From assembly GCA_040954595.2 (NCBI GenBank), contig JBECUI020000029.1, forward strand, positions 186,001-250,000: 64,000 nt of DNA. The letters are read 5' to 3'. Within the stretch, counting starts at the first letter, position 1. Each line of letters opens with the position of its first letter. This document shows positions 22,801 through 37,800 of this stretch, piece after piece. This DNA comes from Balanoglossus misakiensis (taxonomy: Eukaryota; Animalia; Hemichordata). The notes beneath the pieces are model-generated. The model was given only the letters and a program-made list of their open reading frames with translations. It had not been told where the DNA came from and did not search any database. The position numbers and the translations under genes were made by a program.

Positions 22801-25800
22801 GTAATTGCAAATTTGCCTATTCTAGAATCTTACGTGCCATTGGAGAGCTCCATTGACTGGTCATTCATACTGTTTTCATTCATTCATTGCGGCATCAATA
22901 TATTTTATCTATTCTAGCCAAAGAGCTTGGCACCTGTTGAAATGAACTCATCTGCTGTGGGCCAGTTTATTGGTGGCAGTTGAGCTGAGGAGAGCACCTT
23001 CCTTCCCGGCACGCCACCAAGTAAAGTTCCACGCCGCCCACCACAGATGCCAGCATTCATTCATGCGAGTGAGTGTAATTGCAAATTTGCCTATTCTAGA
23101 ATCTTACGTGCCATTGGAGAGCTCCATTGACTGGTCATTCATACTGTTTTCATTCATTCATTGCGGCATCAATATATTTTATCTATTCTAGCCAAAGAGC
23201 TTGGCACCTGTTGAAATGAACTCATCTGCTGTGGGCCAGTTTATTGGTGGCAGTTGAGCTGAGGAGAGCACCTTCCTTCCCGGCACGCCACCAAGTAAAG
23301 TTCCACGCCGCCCACCACAGATGCCAGCATTCATTCATGCGAGTGAGTGTAATTGCAAATTTGCCTATTCTAGAATCTTACGTGCCATTGGAGAGCTCCA
23401 TTGACTGGTCATTCATACTGTTTTCATTCATTCATTGCGGCATCAATATATTTTATCTATTCTAGCCGAAGAGCTTGGCACCTGTTGAAATGAACTCATC
23501 TGCTGTGGGCCAGTTTATTGGTGGCAGTTGAGCTGAGGAGAGCACCTTCCTTCCCGGCACGCCACCAAGTAAAGTTCCACGCCGCCCACCACAGATGCCA
23601 GCATTCATTCATGCGAGTGAGTGTAATTGCAAATTTGCCTATTCTAGATCTGTAATGGAAATGGAGAAAGTACCTTATATTTTCTGTAAAATAGACATTT
23701 AATTGGCAAGCCGTCCTGCATCAATTATTAATTGTGTACATGCACTAAAGCGCCCTCACTGCTGGGTGTGTTGTATGGTCTTTAACCCTGTTTCAAATTA
23801 GAGTACTTTCTGCAATTTCAAGACAGATCTTACGTGCCATTGGAGAGCTCCATTGACTGGTCATTCATACTGTTTTCATTCATTCATTGCGGCATCAATA
23901 TATTTTATCTATTCTAGCCAAAGAGCTTGGCACCTGTTGAAATGAACTCATCTGCTGTGGGCCAGTTTATTGGTGGCAGTTGAGCTGAGGAGAGCACCTT
24001 CCTTCCCGGCACGCCACCAAGTAAAGTTCCACGCCGCCCACCACAGATGCCAGCATTCATTCATGCGAGTGAGTGTAATTGCAAATTTGCCTATTCTAGA
24101 TTCTTACGTGCCATTGGAGAGCTCCATTGACTGGTCATTCATACTGTTTTCATTCATTCATTGCGGCATCAATATATTTTATCTATTCTAGCCAAAGAGC
24201 TTGGCACCTGTTGAAATGAACTCATCTGCTGTGGGCCAGTTTATTGGTGGCAGTTGAGCTGAGGAGAGCACCTTCCTTCCCGGCACGCCACCAAGTAAAG
24301 TTCCACGCCGCCCACCACAGATGCCAGCATTCATTCATGCGAGTGAGTGTAATTGCAAATTTGCCTATTCTAGAATCTTACGTGCCATTGGAGAGCTCCA
24401 TTGACTGGTCATTCATACTGTTTTCATTCATTCATTGCGGCATCAATATATTTTATCTATTCTAGCCAAAGAGCTTGGCACCTGTTGAAATGAACTCATC
24501 TGCTGTGGGCCAGTTTATTGGTGGCAGTTGAGCTGAGGAGAGCACCTTCCTTCCCGGCACGCCACCAAGTAAAGTTCCACGCCGCCCACCACAGATGCCA
24601 GCATTCATTCATGCGAGTGAGTGTAATTGCAAATTTGCCTATTCTAGATCTGTAATGGAAATGGAGAAAGTACCTTATATTTTCTGTAAAATAGACATTT
24701 AATTGGCAAGCCGTCCTGCATCAATTATTAATTGTGTACATGCACTAAAGCGCCCTCACTGCTGGGTGTGTTGTATGGTCTTTAACCCTGTTTCAAATTA
24801 GAGTACTTTCTGCAATTTCAAGACAGATCTTACGTGCCATTGGAGAGCTCCATTGACTGGTCATTCATACTGTTTTCATTCATTCATTGCGGCATCAATA
24901 TATTTTATCTATTCTAGCCAAAGAGCTTGGCACCTGTTGAAATGAACTCATCTGCTGTGGGCCAGTTTATTGGTGGCAGTTGAGCTGAGGAGAGCACCTT
25001 CCTTCCCGGCACGCCACCAAGTAAAGTTCCACGCCGCCCACCACAGATGCCAGCATTCATTCATGCGAGTGAGTGTAATTGCAAATTTGCCTATTCTAGA
25101 TTCTTACGTGCCATTGGAGAGCTCCATTGACTGGTCATTCATACTGTTTTCATTCATTCATTGCGGCATCAATATATTTTATCTATTCTAGCCAAAGAGC
25201 TTGGCACCTGTTGAAATGAACTCATCTGCTGTGGGCCAGTTTATTGGTGGCAGTTGAGCTGAGCAGAGCACCTTCCTTCCCGGCACGCCACCAAGTAAAG
25301 TTCCACGCCGCCCACCACAGATGCCAGCATTCATTCATGCGAGTGAGTGTAATTGCAAATTTGCCTATTCTAGAATCTTACGTGCCATTGGAGAGCTCCA
25401 TTGACTGGTCATTCATACTGTTTTCATTCATTCATTGCGGCATCAATATATTTTATCTATTCTAGCCAAAGAGCTTGGCACCTGTTGAAATGAACTCATC
25501 TGCTGTGGGCCAGTTTATTGGTGGCAGTTGAGCTGAGGAGAGCACCTTCCTTCCCGGCACGCCACCAAGTAAAGTTCCACGCCGCCCACCACAGATGCCA
25601 GCATTCATTCATGCGAGTGAGTGTAATTGCAAATTTGCCTATTCTAGATCTGTAATGGAAATGGAGAAAGTACCTTATATTTTCTGTAAAATAGACATTT
25701 AATTGGCAAGCCGTCCTGCATCAATTATTAATTGTGTACATGCACTAAAGCGCCCTCACTGCTGGGTGTGTTGTATGGTCTTTAACCCTGTTTCAAATTA

Positions 25801-28800
25801 GAGTACTTTCTGCAATTTCAAGACAGATCTTACGTGCCATTGGAGAGCTCCATTGACTGGTCATTCATACTGTTTTCATTCATTCATTGCGGCATCAATA
25901 TATTTTATCTATTCTAGCCAAAGAGCTTGGCACCTGTTGAAATGAACTCATCTGCTGTGGGCCAGTTTATTGGTGGCAGTTGAGCTGAGGAGAGCACCTT
26001 CCTTCCCGGCACGCCACCAAGTAAAGTTCCACGCCGCCCACCACAGATGCCAGCATTCATTCATGCGAGTGAGTGTAATTGCAAATTTGCCTATTCTAGA
26101 TCTGTAATGGAAATGGAGAAAGTACCTTATATTTTCTGTAAAATAGACATTTAATTGGCAAGCCGTCCTGCATCAATTATTAATTGTGTACATGCACTAA
26201 AGCGCCCTCACTGCTGGGTGTGTTGTATGGTCTTTAACCCTGTTTCAAATTAGAGTACTTTCTGCAATTTCAAGACAGATCTTACGTGCCATTGGAGAGC
26301 TCCATTGACTGGTCATTCATACTGTTTTCATTCATTCATTGCGGCATCAATATATTTTATCTATTCTAGCCAAAGAGCTTGGCACCTGTTGAAATGAACT
26401 CATCTGCTGTGGGCCAGTTTATTGGTGGCAGTTGAGCTGAGGAGAGCACCTTCCTTCCCGGCACGCCACCAAGTAAAGTTCCACGCCGCCCACCACAGAT
26501 GCCAGCATTCATTCATGCGAGTGAGTGTAATTGCAAATTTGCCTATTCTAGATCTGTAATGGAAATGGAGAAAGTACCTTATATTTTCTGTAAAATAGAC
26601 ATTTAATTGGCAAGCCGTCCTGCATCAATTATTAATTGTGTACATGCACTAAAGCGCCCTCACTGCTGGGTGTGTTGTATGGTCTTTAACCCTGTTTCAA
26701 ATTAGAGTACTTTCTGCAATTTCAAGACAGATCTTACGTGCCATTGGAGAGCTCCATTGACTGGTCATTCATACTGTTTTCATTCATTCATTGCGGCATC
26801 AATATATTTTATCTATTCTAGCCAAAGAGCTTGGCACCTGTTGAAATGAACTCATCTGCTGTGGGCCAGTTTATTGGTGGCAGTTGAGCTGAGGAGAGCA
26901 CCTTCCTTCCCGGCACGCCACCAAGTAAAGTTCCACGCCGCCCACCACAGATGCCAGCATTCATTCATGCGAGTGAGTGTAATTGCAAATTTGCCTATTC
27001 TAGATCTGTAATGGAAATGGAGAAAGTACCTTATATTTTCTGTAAAATAGACATTTAATTGGCAAGCCGTCCTGCATCAATTATTAATTGTGTACATGCA
27101 CTAAAGCGCCCTCACTGCTGGGTGTGTTGTATGGTCTTTAACCCTGTTTCAAATTAGAGTACTTTCTGCAATTTCAAGACAGATCTTACGTGCCATTGGA
27201 GAGCTCCATTGACTGGTCATTCATACTGTTTTCATTCATTCATTGCGGCATCAATATATTTTATCTATTCTAGCCAAAGAGCTTGGCACCTGTTGAAATG
27301 AACTCATCTGCTGTGGGCCAGTTTATTGGTGGCAGTTGAGCTGAGGAGAGCACCTTCCTTCCCGGCACGCCACCAAGTAAAGTTCCACGCCGCCCACCAC
27401 AGATGCCAGCATTCATTCATGCGAGTGAGTGTAATTGCAAATTTGCCTATTCTAGATCTGTAATGGAAATGGAGAAAGTACCTTATATTTTCTGTAAAAT
27501 AGACATTTAATTGGCAAGCCGTCCTGCATCAATTATTAATTGTGTACATGCACTAAAGCGCCCTCACTGCTGGGTGTGTTGTATGGTCTTTAACCCTGTT
27601 TCAAATTAGAGTACTTTCTGCAATTTCAAGACAGATCTTACGTGCCATTGGAGAGCTCCATTGACTGGTCATTCATACTGTTTTCATTCATTCATTGCGG
27701 CATCAATATATTTTATCTATTCTAGCCAAAGAGCTTGGCACCTGTTGAAATGAACTCATCTGCTGTGGGCCAGTTTATTGGTGGCAGTTGAGCTGAGGAG
27801 AGCACCTTCCTTCCCGGCACGCCACCAAGTAAAGTTCCACGCCGCCCACCACAGATGCCAGCATTCATTCATGCGAGTGAGTGTAATTGCAAATTTGCCT
27901 ATTCTAGATCTGTAATGGAAATGGAGAAAGTACCTTATATTTTCTGTAAAATAGACATTTAATTGGCAAGCCGTCCTGCATCAATTATTAATTGTGTACA
28001 TGCACTAAAGCGCCCTCACTGCTGGGTGTGTTGTATGGTCTTTAACCCTGTTTCAAATTAGAGTACTTTCTGCAATTTCAAGACAGATCTTACGTGCCAT
28101 TGGAGAGCTCCATTGACTGGTCATTCATACTGTTTTCATTCATTCATTGCGGCATCAATATATTTTATCTATTCTAGCCAAAGAGCTTGGCACCTGTTGA
28201 AATGAACTCATCTGCTGTGGGCCAGTTTATTGGTGGCAGTTGAGCTGAGGAGAGCACCTTCTTTCCCGGCACGCCACCAAGTAAAGTTCCACGCCGCCCA
28301 CCACAGATGCCAGCATTCATTCATGCGAGTGAGTGTAATTGCAAATTTGCCTATTTACGTGCCATTGGAGAGCTCCATTGACTGGTCATTCATACTGTTT
28401 TCATTCATTCATTGCGGCATCAATATATTTTATCTATTCTAGCCAAAGAGCTTGGCACCTGTTGAAATGAACTCATCTGCTGTGGGCCAGTTTATTGGTG
28501 GCAGTTGAGCTGAGGAGAGCACCTTCCTTCCCGGCACGCCACCAAGTAAAGTTCCACGCCGCCCACCACAGATGCCAGCATTCATTCATGCGAGTGAGTG
28601 TAATTGCAAATTTGCCTATTCTAGATCTGTAATGGAAATGGAGAAAGTACCTTATATTTTCTGTAAAATAGACATTTAATTGGCAAGCCGTCCTGCATCA
28701 ATTATTAATTGTGTACATGCACTAAAGCGCCCTCACTGCTGGGTGTGTTGTATGGTCTTTAACCCTGTTTCAAATTAGAGTACTTTCTGCAATTTCAAGA

Positions 28801-31800
28801 CAGATCTTACGTGCCATTGGAGAGCTCCATTGACTGGTCATTCATACTGTTTTCATTCATTCATTGCGGCATCAATATATTTTATCTATTCTAGCCAAAG
28901 AGCTTGGCACCTGTTGAAATGAACTCATCTGCTGTGGGCCAGTTTATTGGTGGCAGTTGAGCTGAGGAGAGCACCTTCCTTCCCGGCACGCCACCAAGTA
29001 AAGTTCCACGCCGCCCACCACAGATGCCAGCATTCATTCATGCGAGTGAGTGTAATTGCAAATTTGCCTATTCTAGAATTCTTACGTGCCATTGGAGAGC
29101 TCCATTGACTGGTCATTCATACTGTTTTCATTCATTCATTGCGGCATCAATATATTTTATCTATTCTAGCCAAAGAGCTTGGCACCTGTTGAAATGAACT
29201 CATCTGCTGTGGGCCAGTTTATTGGTGGCAGTTGAGCTGAGGAGAGCACCTTCCTTCCCGGCACGCCACCAAGTAAAGTTCCACGCCGCCCACCACAGAT
29301 GCCAGCATTCATTCATGCGAGTGAGTGTAATTGCAAATTTGCCTATTCTAGATCTGTAATGGAAATGGAGAAAGTACCTTATATTTTCTGTAAAATAGAC
29401 ATTTAATTGGCAAGCCGTCCTGCATCAATTATTAATTGTGTACATGCACTAAAGCGCCCTCACTGCTGGGTGTGTTGTATGGTCTTTAACCCTGTTTCAA
29501 ATTAGAGTACTTTCTGCAATTTCAAGACAGATCTTACGTGCCATTGGAGAGCTCCATTGACTGGTCATTCATACTGTTTTCATTCATTCATTGCGGCATC
29601 AATATATTTTATCTATTCTAGCCAAAGAGCTTGGCACCTGTTGAAATGAACTCATCTGCTGTGGGCCAGTTTATTGGTGGCAGTTGAGCTGAGGAGAGCA
29701 CCTTCTTTCCCGGCACGCCACCAAGTAAAGTTCCACGCCGCCCACCACAGATGCCAGCATTCATTCATGCGAGTGAGTGTAATTGCAAATTTGCCTATTC
29801 TAGAATCTTACGTGCCATTGGAGAGCTCCATTGACTGGTCATTCATACTGTTTTCATTCATTCATTGCGGCATCAATATATTTTATCTATTCTAGCCAAA
29901 GAGCTTGGCACCTGTTGAAATGAACTCATCTGCTGTGGGCCAGTTTATTGGTGGCAGTTGAGCTGAGGAGAGCACCTTCTTTCCCGGCACGCCACCAAGT
30001 AAAGTTCCACGCCGCCCACCACAGATGCCAGCATTCATTCATGCGAGTGAGTGTAATTGCAAATTTGCCTATTTACGTGCCATTGGAGAGCTCCATTGAC
30101 TGGTCATTCATACTGTTTTCATTCATTCATTGCGGCATCAATATATTTTATCTATTCTAGCCAAAGAGCTTGGCACCTGTTGAAATGAACTCATCTGCTG
30201 TGGGCCAGTTTATTGGTGGCAGTTGAGCTGAGGAGAGCACCTTCCTTCCCGGCACGCCACCAAGTAAAGTTCCACGCCGCCCACCACAGATGCCAGCATT
30301 CATTCATGCGAGTGAGTGTAATTGCAAATTTGCCTATTCTAGATCTGTAATGGAAATGGAGAAAGTACCTTATATTTTCTGTAAAATAGACATTTAATTG
30401 GCAAGCCGTCCTGCATCAATTATTAATTGTGTACATGCACTAAAGCGCCCTCACTGCTGGGTGTGTTGTATGGTCTTTAACCCTGTTTCAAATTAGAGTA
30501 CTTTCTGCAATTTCAAGACAGATCTTACGTGCCATTGGAGAGCTCCATTGACTGGTCATTCATACTGTTTTCATTCATTCATTGCGGCATCAATATATTT
30601 TATCTATTCTAGCCAAAGAGCTTGGCACCTGTTGAAATGAACTCATCTGCTGTGGGCCAGTTTATTGGTGGCAGTTGAGCTGAGGAGAGCACCTTCTTTC
30701 CCGGCACGCCACCAAGTAAAGTTCCACGCCGCCCACCACAGATGCCAGCATTCATTCATGCGAGTGAGTGTAATTGCAAATTTGCCTATTCTAGAATCTT
30801 ACGTGCCATTGGAGAGCTCCATTGACTGGTCATTCATACTGTTTTCATTCATTCATTGCGGCATCAATATATTTTATCTATTCTAGCCAAAGAGCTTGGC
30901 ACCTGTTGAAATGAACTCATCTGCTGTGGGCCAGTTTATTGGTGGCAGTTGAGCTGAGGAGAGCACCTTCTTTCCCGGCACGCCACCAAGTAAAGTTCCA
31001 CGCCGCCCACCACAGATGCCAGCATTCATTCATGCGAGTGAGTGTAATTGCAAATTTGCCTATTCTAGAATCTTACGTGCCATTGGAGAGCTCCATTGAC
31101 TGGTCATTCATACTGTTTTCATTCATTCATTGCGGCATCAATATATTTTATCTATTCTAGCCAAAGAGCTTGGCACCTGTTGAAATGAACTCATCTGCTG
31201 TGGGCCAGTTTATTGGTGGCAGTTGAGCTGAGGAGAGCACCTTCCTTCCCGGCACGCCACCAAGTAAAGTTCCACGCCGCCCACCACAGATGCCAGCATT
31301 CATTCATGCGAGTGAGTGTAATTGCAAATTTGCCTATTCTAGAATCTTACGTGCCATTGGAGAGCTCCATTGACTGGTCATTCATACTGTTTTCATTCAT
31401 TCATTGCGGCATCAATATATTTTATCTATTCTAGCCAAAGAGCTTGGCACCTGTTGAAATGAACTCATCTGCTGTGGGCCAGTTTATTGGTGGCAGTTGA
31501 GCTGAGGAGAGCACCTTCCTTCCCGGCACGCCACCAAGTAAAGTTCCACGCCGCCCACCACAGATGCCAGCATTCATTCATGCGAGTGAGTGTAATTGCA
31601 AATTTGCCTATTCTAGAATCTTACGTGCCATTGGAGAGCTCCATTGACTGGTCATTCATACTGTTTTCATTCATTCATTGCGGCATCAATATATTTTATC
31701 TATTCTAGCCGAAGAGCTTGGCACCTGTTGAAATGAACTCATCTGCTGTGGGCCAGTTTATTGGTGGCAGTTGAGCTGAGGAGAGCACCTTCCTTCCCGG

Positions 31801-34800
31801 CACGCCACCAAGTAAAGTTCCACGCCGCCCACCACAGATGCCAGCATTCATTCATGCGAGTGAGTGTAATTGCAAATTTGCCTATTCTAGATCTGTAATG
31901 GAAATGGAGAAAGTACCTTATATTTTCTGTAAAATAGACATTTAATTGGCAAGCCGTCCTGCATCAATTATTAATTGTGTACATGCACTAAAGCGCCCTC
32001 ACTGCTGGGTGTGTTGTATGGTCTTTAACCCTGTTTCAAATTAGAGTACTTTCTGCAATTTCAAGACAGATCTTACGTGCCATTGGAGAGCTCCATTGAC
32101 TGGTCATTCATACTGTTTTCATTCATTCATTGCGGCATCAATATATTTTATCTATTCTAGCCAAAGAGCTTGGCACCTGTTGAAATGAACTCATCTGCTG
32201 TGGGCCAGTTTATTGGTGGCAGTTGAGCTGAGGAGAGCACCTTCTTTCCCGGCACGCCACCAAGTAAAGTTCCACGCCGCCCACCACAGATGCCAGCATT
32301 CATTCATGCGAGTGAGTGTAATTGCAAATTTGCCTATTCTAGAATCTTACGTGCCATTGGAGAGCTCCATTGACTGGTCATTCATACTGTTTTCATTCAT
32401 TCATTGCGGCATCAATATATTTTATCTATTCTAGCCAAAGAGCTTGGCACCTGTTGAAATGAACTCATCTGCTGTGGGCCAGTTTATTGGTGGCAGTTGA
32501 GCTGAGGAGAGCACCTTCTTTCCCGGCACGCCACCAAGTAAAGTTCCACGCCGCCCACCACAGATGCCAGCATTCATTCATGCGAGTGAGTGTAATTGCA
32601 AATTTGCCTATTTACGTGCCATTGGAGAGCTCCATTGACTGGTCATTCATACTGTTTTCATTCATTCATTGCGGCATCAATATATTTTATCTATTCTAGC
32701 CAAAGAGCTTGGCACCTGTTGAAATGAACTCATCTGCTGTGGGCCAGTTTATTGGTGGCAGTTGAGCTGAGGAGAGCACCTTCCTTCCCGGCACGCCACC
32801 AAGTAAAGTTCCACGCCGCCCACCACAGATGCCAGCATTCATTCATGCGAGTGAGTGTAATTGCAAATTTGCCTATTCTAGAATCTTACGTGCCATTGGA
32901 GAGCTCCATTGACTGGTCATTCATACTGTTTTCATTCATTCATTGCGGCATCAATATATTTTATCTATTCTAGCCGAAGAGCTTGGCACCTGTTGAAATG
33001 AACTCATCTGCTGTGGGCCAGTTTATTGGTGGCAGTTGAGCTGAGGAGAGCACCTTCCTTCCCGGCACGCCACCAAGTAAAGTTCCACGCCGCCCACCAC
33101 AGATGCCAGCATTCATTCATGCGAGTGAGTGTAATTGCAAATTTGCCTATTCTAGATCTGTAATGGAAATGGAGAAAGTACCTTATATTTTCTGTAAAAT
33201 AGACATTTAATTGGCAAGCCGTCCTGCATCAATTATTAATTGTGTACATGCACTAAAGCGCCCTCACTGCTGGGTGTGTTGTATGGTCTTTAACCCTGTT
33301 TCAAATTAGAGTACTTTCTGCAATTTCAAGACAGATCTTACGTGCCATTGGAGAGCTCCATTGACTGGTCATTCATACTGTTTTCATTCATTCATTGCGG
33401 CATCAATATATTTTATCTATTCTAGCCAAAGAGCTTGGCACCTGTTGAAATGAACTCATCTGCTGTGGGCCAGTTTATTGGTGGCAGTTGAGCTGAGGAG
33501 AGCACCTTCCTTCCCGGCACGCCACCAAGTAAAGTTCCACGCCGCCCACCACAGATGCCAGCATTCATTCATGCGAGTGAGTGTAATTGCAAATTTGCCT
33601 ATTCTAGATCTGTAATGGAAATGGAGAAAGTACCTTATATTTTCTGTAAAATAGACATTTAATTGGCAAGCCGTCCTGCATCAATTATTAATTGTGTACA
33701 TGCACTAAAGCGCCCTCACTGCTGGGTGTGTTGTATGGTCTTTAACCCTGTTTCAAATTAGAGTACTTTCTGCAATTTCAAGACAGATCTTACGTGCCAT
33801 TGGAGAGCTCCATTGACTGGTCATTCATACTGTTTTCATTCATTCATTGCGGCATCAATATATTTTATCTATTCTAGCCAAAGAGCTTGGCACCTGTTGA
33901 AATGAACTCATCTGCTGTGGGCCAGTTTATTGGTGGCAGTTGAGCTGAGGAGAGCACCTTCTTTCCCGGCACGCCACCAAGTAAAGTTCCACGCCGCCCA
34001 CCACAGATGCCAGCATTCATTCATGCGAGTGAGTGTAATTGCAAATTTGCCTATTCTAGATCTGTAATGGAAATGGAGAAAGTACCTTATATTTTCTGTA
34101 AAATAGACATTTAATTGGCAAGCCGTCCTGCATCAATTATTAATTGTGTACATGCACTAAAGCGCCCTCACTGCTGGGTGTGTTGTATGGTCTTTAACCC
34201 TGTTTCAAATTAGAGTACTTTCTGCAATTTCAAGACAGATCTTACGTGCCATTGGAGAGCTCCATTGACTGGTCATTCATACTGTTTTCATTCATTCATT
34301 GCGGCATCAATATATTTTATCTATTCTAGCCAAAGAGCTTGGCACCTGTTGAAATGAACTCATCTGCTGTGGGCCAGTTTATTGGTGGCAGTTGAGCTGA
34401 GGAGAGCACCTTCCTTCCCGGCACGCCACCAAGTAAAGTTCCACGCCGCCCACCACAGATGCCAGCATTCATTCATGCGAGTGAGTGTAATTGCAAATTT
34501 GCCTATTCTAGATCTGTAATGGAAATGGAGAAAGTACCTTATATTTTCTGTAAAATAGACATTTAATTGGCAAGCCGTCCTGCATCAATTATTAATTGTG
34601 TACATGCACTAAAGCGCCCTCACTGCTGGGTGTGTTGTATGGTCTTTAACCCTGTTTCAAATTAGAGTACTTTCTGCAATTTCAAGACAGATCTTACGTG
34701 CCATTGGAGAGCTCCATTGACTGGTCATTCATACTGTTTTCATTCATTCATTGCGGCATCAATATATTTTATCTATTCTAGCCAAAGAGCTTGGCACCTG

Positions 34801-37800
34801 TTGAAATGAACTCATCTGCTGTGGGCCAGTTTATTGGTGGCAGTTGAGCTGAGGAGAGCACCTTCCTTCCCGGCACGCCACCAAGTAAAGTTCCACGCCG
34901 CCCACCACAGATGCCAGCATTCATTCATGCGAGTGAGTGTAATTGCAAATTTGCCTATTCTAGAATTCTTACGTGCCATTGGAGAGCTCCATTGACTGGT
35001 CATTCATACTGTTTTCATTCATTCATTGCGGCATCAATATATTTTATCTATTCTAGCCAAAGAGCTTGGCACCTGTTGAAATGAACTCATCTGCTGTGGG
35101 CCAGTTTATTGGTGGCAGTTGAGCTGAGGAGAGCACCTTCCTTCCCGGCACGCCACCAAGTAAAGTTCCACGCCGCCCACCACAGATGCCAGCATTCATT
35201 CATGCGAGTGAGTGTAATTGCAAATTTGCCTATTCTAGATCTGTAATGGAAATGGAGAAAGTACCTTATATTTTCTGTAAAATAGACATTTAATTGGCAA
35301 GCCGTCCTGCATCAATTATTAATTGTGTACATGCACTAAAGCGCCCTCACTGCTGGGTGTGTTGTATGGTCTTTAACCCTGTTTCAAATTAGAGTACTTT
35401 CTGCAATTTCAAGACAGATCTTACGTGCCATTGGAGAGCTCCATTGACTGGTCATTCATACTGTTTTCATTCATTCATTGCGGCATCAATATATTTTATC
35501 TATTCTAGCCAAAGAGCTTGGCACCTGTTGAAATGAACTCATCTGCTGTGGGCCAGTTTATTGGTGGCAGTTGAGCTGAGGAGAGCACCTTCTTTCCCGG
35601 CACGCCACCAAGTAAAGTTCCACGCCGCCCACCACAGATGCCAGCATTCATTCATGCGAGTGAGTGTAATTGCAAATTTGCCTATTCTAGAATCTTACGT
35701 GCCATTGGAGAGCTCCATTGACTGGTCATTCATACTGTTTTCATTCATTCATTGCGGCATCAATATATTTTATCTATTCTAGCCAAAGAGCTTGGCACCT
35801 GTTGAAATGAACTCATCTGCTGTGGGCCAGTTTATTGGTGGCAGTTGAGCTGAGGAGAGCACCTTCTTTCCCGGCACGCCACCAAGTAAAGTTCCACGCC
35901 GCCCACCACAGATGCCAGCATTCATTCATGCGAGTGAGTGTAATTGCAAATTTGCCTATTTACGTGCCATTGGAGAGCTCCATTGACTGGTCATTCATAC
36001 TGTTTTCATTCATTCATTGCGGCATCAATATATTTTATCTATTCTAGCCAAAGAGCTTGGCACCTGTTGAAATGAACTCATCTGCTGTGGGCCAGTTTAT
36101 TGGTGGCAGTTGAGCTGAGGAGAGCACCTTCCTTCCCGGCACGCCACCAAGTAAAGTTCCACGCCGCCCACCACAGATGCCAGCATTCATTCATGCGAGT
36201 GAGTGTAATTGCAAATTTGCCTATTCTAGATCTGTAATGGAAATGGAGAAAGTACCTTATATTTTCTGTAAAATAGACATTTAATTGGCAAGCCGTCCTG
36301 CATCAATTATTAATTGTGTACATGCACTAAAGCGCCCTCACTGCTGGGTGTGTTGTATGGTCTTTAACCCTGTTTCAAATTAGAGTACTTTCTGCAATTT
36401 CAAGACAGATCTTACGTGCCATTGGAGAGCTCCATTGACTGGTCATTCATACTGTTTTCATTCATTCATTGCGGCATCAATATATTTTATCTATTCTAGC
36501 CAAAGAGCTTGGCACCTGTTGAAATGAACTCATCTGCTGTGGGCCAGTTTATTGGTGGCAGTTGAGCTGAGGAGAGCACCTTCTTTCCCGGCACGCCACC
36601 AAGTAAAGTTCCACGCCGCCCACCACAGATGCCAGCATTCATTCATGCGAGTGAGTGTAATTGCAAATTTGCCTATTCTAGAATCTTACGTGCCATTGGA
36701 GAGCTCCATTGACTGGTCATTCATACTGTTTTCATTTATTCATTGCGGCATCAATATATTTTATCTATTCTAGCCAAAGAGCTTGGCACCTGTTGAAATG
36801 AACTCATCTGCTGTGGGCCAGTTTATTGGTGGCAGTTGAGCTGAGGAGAGCACCTTCTTTCCCGGCACGCCACCAAGTAAAGTTCCACGCCGCCCACCAC
36901 AGATGCCAGCATTCATTCATGCGAGTGAGTGTAATTGCAAATTTGCCTATTCTAGAATCTTACGTGCCATTGGAGAGCTCCATTGACTGGTCATTCATAC
37001 TGTTTTCATTCATTCATTGCAGCATCAATATATTTTATCTATTCTAGCCAAAGAGCTTGGCACCTGTTGAAATGAACTCATCTGCTGTGGGCCAGTTTAT
37101 TGGTGGCAGTTGAGCTGAGGAGAGCACCTTCCTTCCCGGCACGCCACCAAGTAAAGTTCCACGCCGCCCACCACAGATGCCAGCATTCATTCATGCGAGT
37201 GAGTGTAATTGCAAATTTGCCTATTCTAGAATCTTACGTGCCATTGGAGAGCTCCATTGACTGGTCATTCATACTGTTTTCATTCATTCATTGCGGCATC
37301 AATATATTTTATCTATTCTAGCCAAAGAGCTTGGCACCTGTTGAAATGAACTCATCTGCTGTGGGCCAGTTTATTGGTGGCAGTTGAGCTGAGGAGAGCA
37401 CCTTCCTTCCCGGCACGCCACCAAGTAAAGTTCCACGCCGCCCACCACAGATGCCAGCATTCATTCATGCGAGTGAGTGTAATTGCAAATTTGCCTATTC
37501 TAGAATCTTACGTGCCATTGGAGAGCTCCATTGACTGGTCATTCATACTGTTTTCATTCATTCATTGCGGCATCAATATATTTTATCTATTCTAGCCGAA
37601 GAGCTTGGCACCTGTTGAAATGAACTCATCTGCTGTGGGCCAGTTTATTGGTGGCAGTTGAGCTGAGGAGAGCACCTTCCTTCCCGGCACGCCACCAAGT
37701 AAAGTTCCACGCCGCCCACCACAGATGCCAGCATTCATTCATGCGAGTGAGTGTAATTGCAAATTTGCCTATTCTAGATCTGTAATGGAAATGGAGAAAG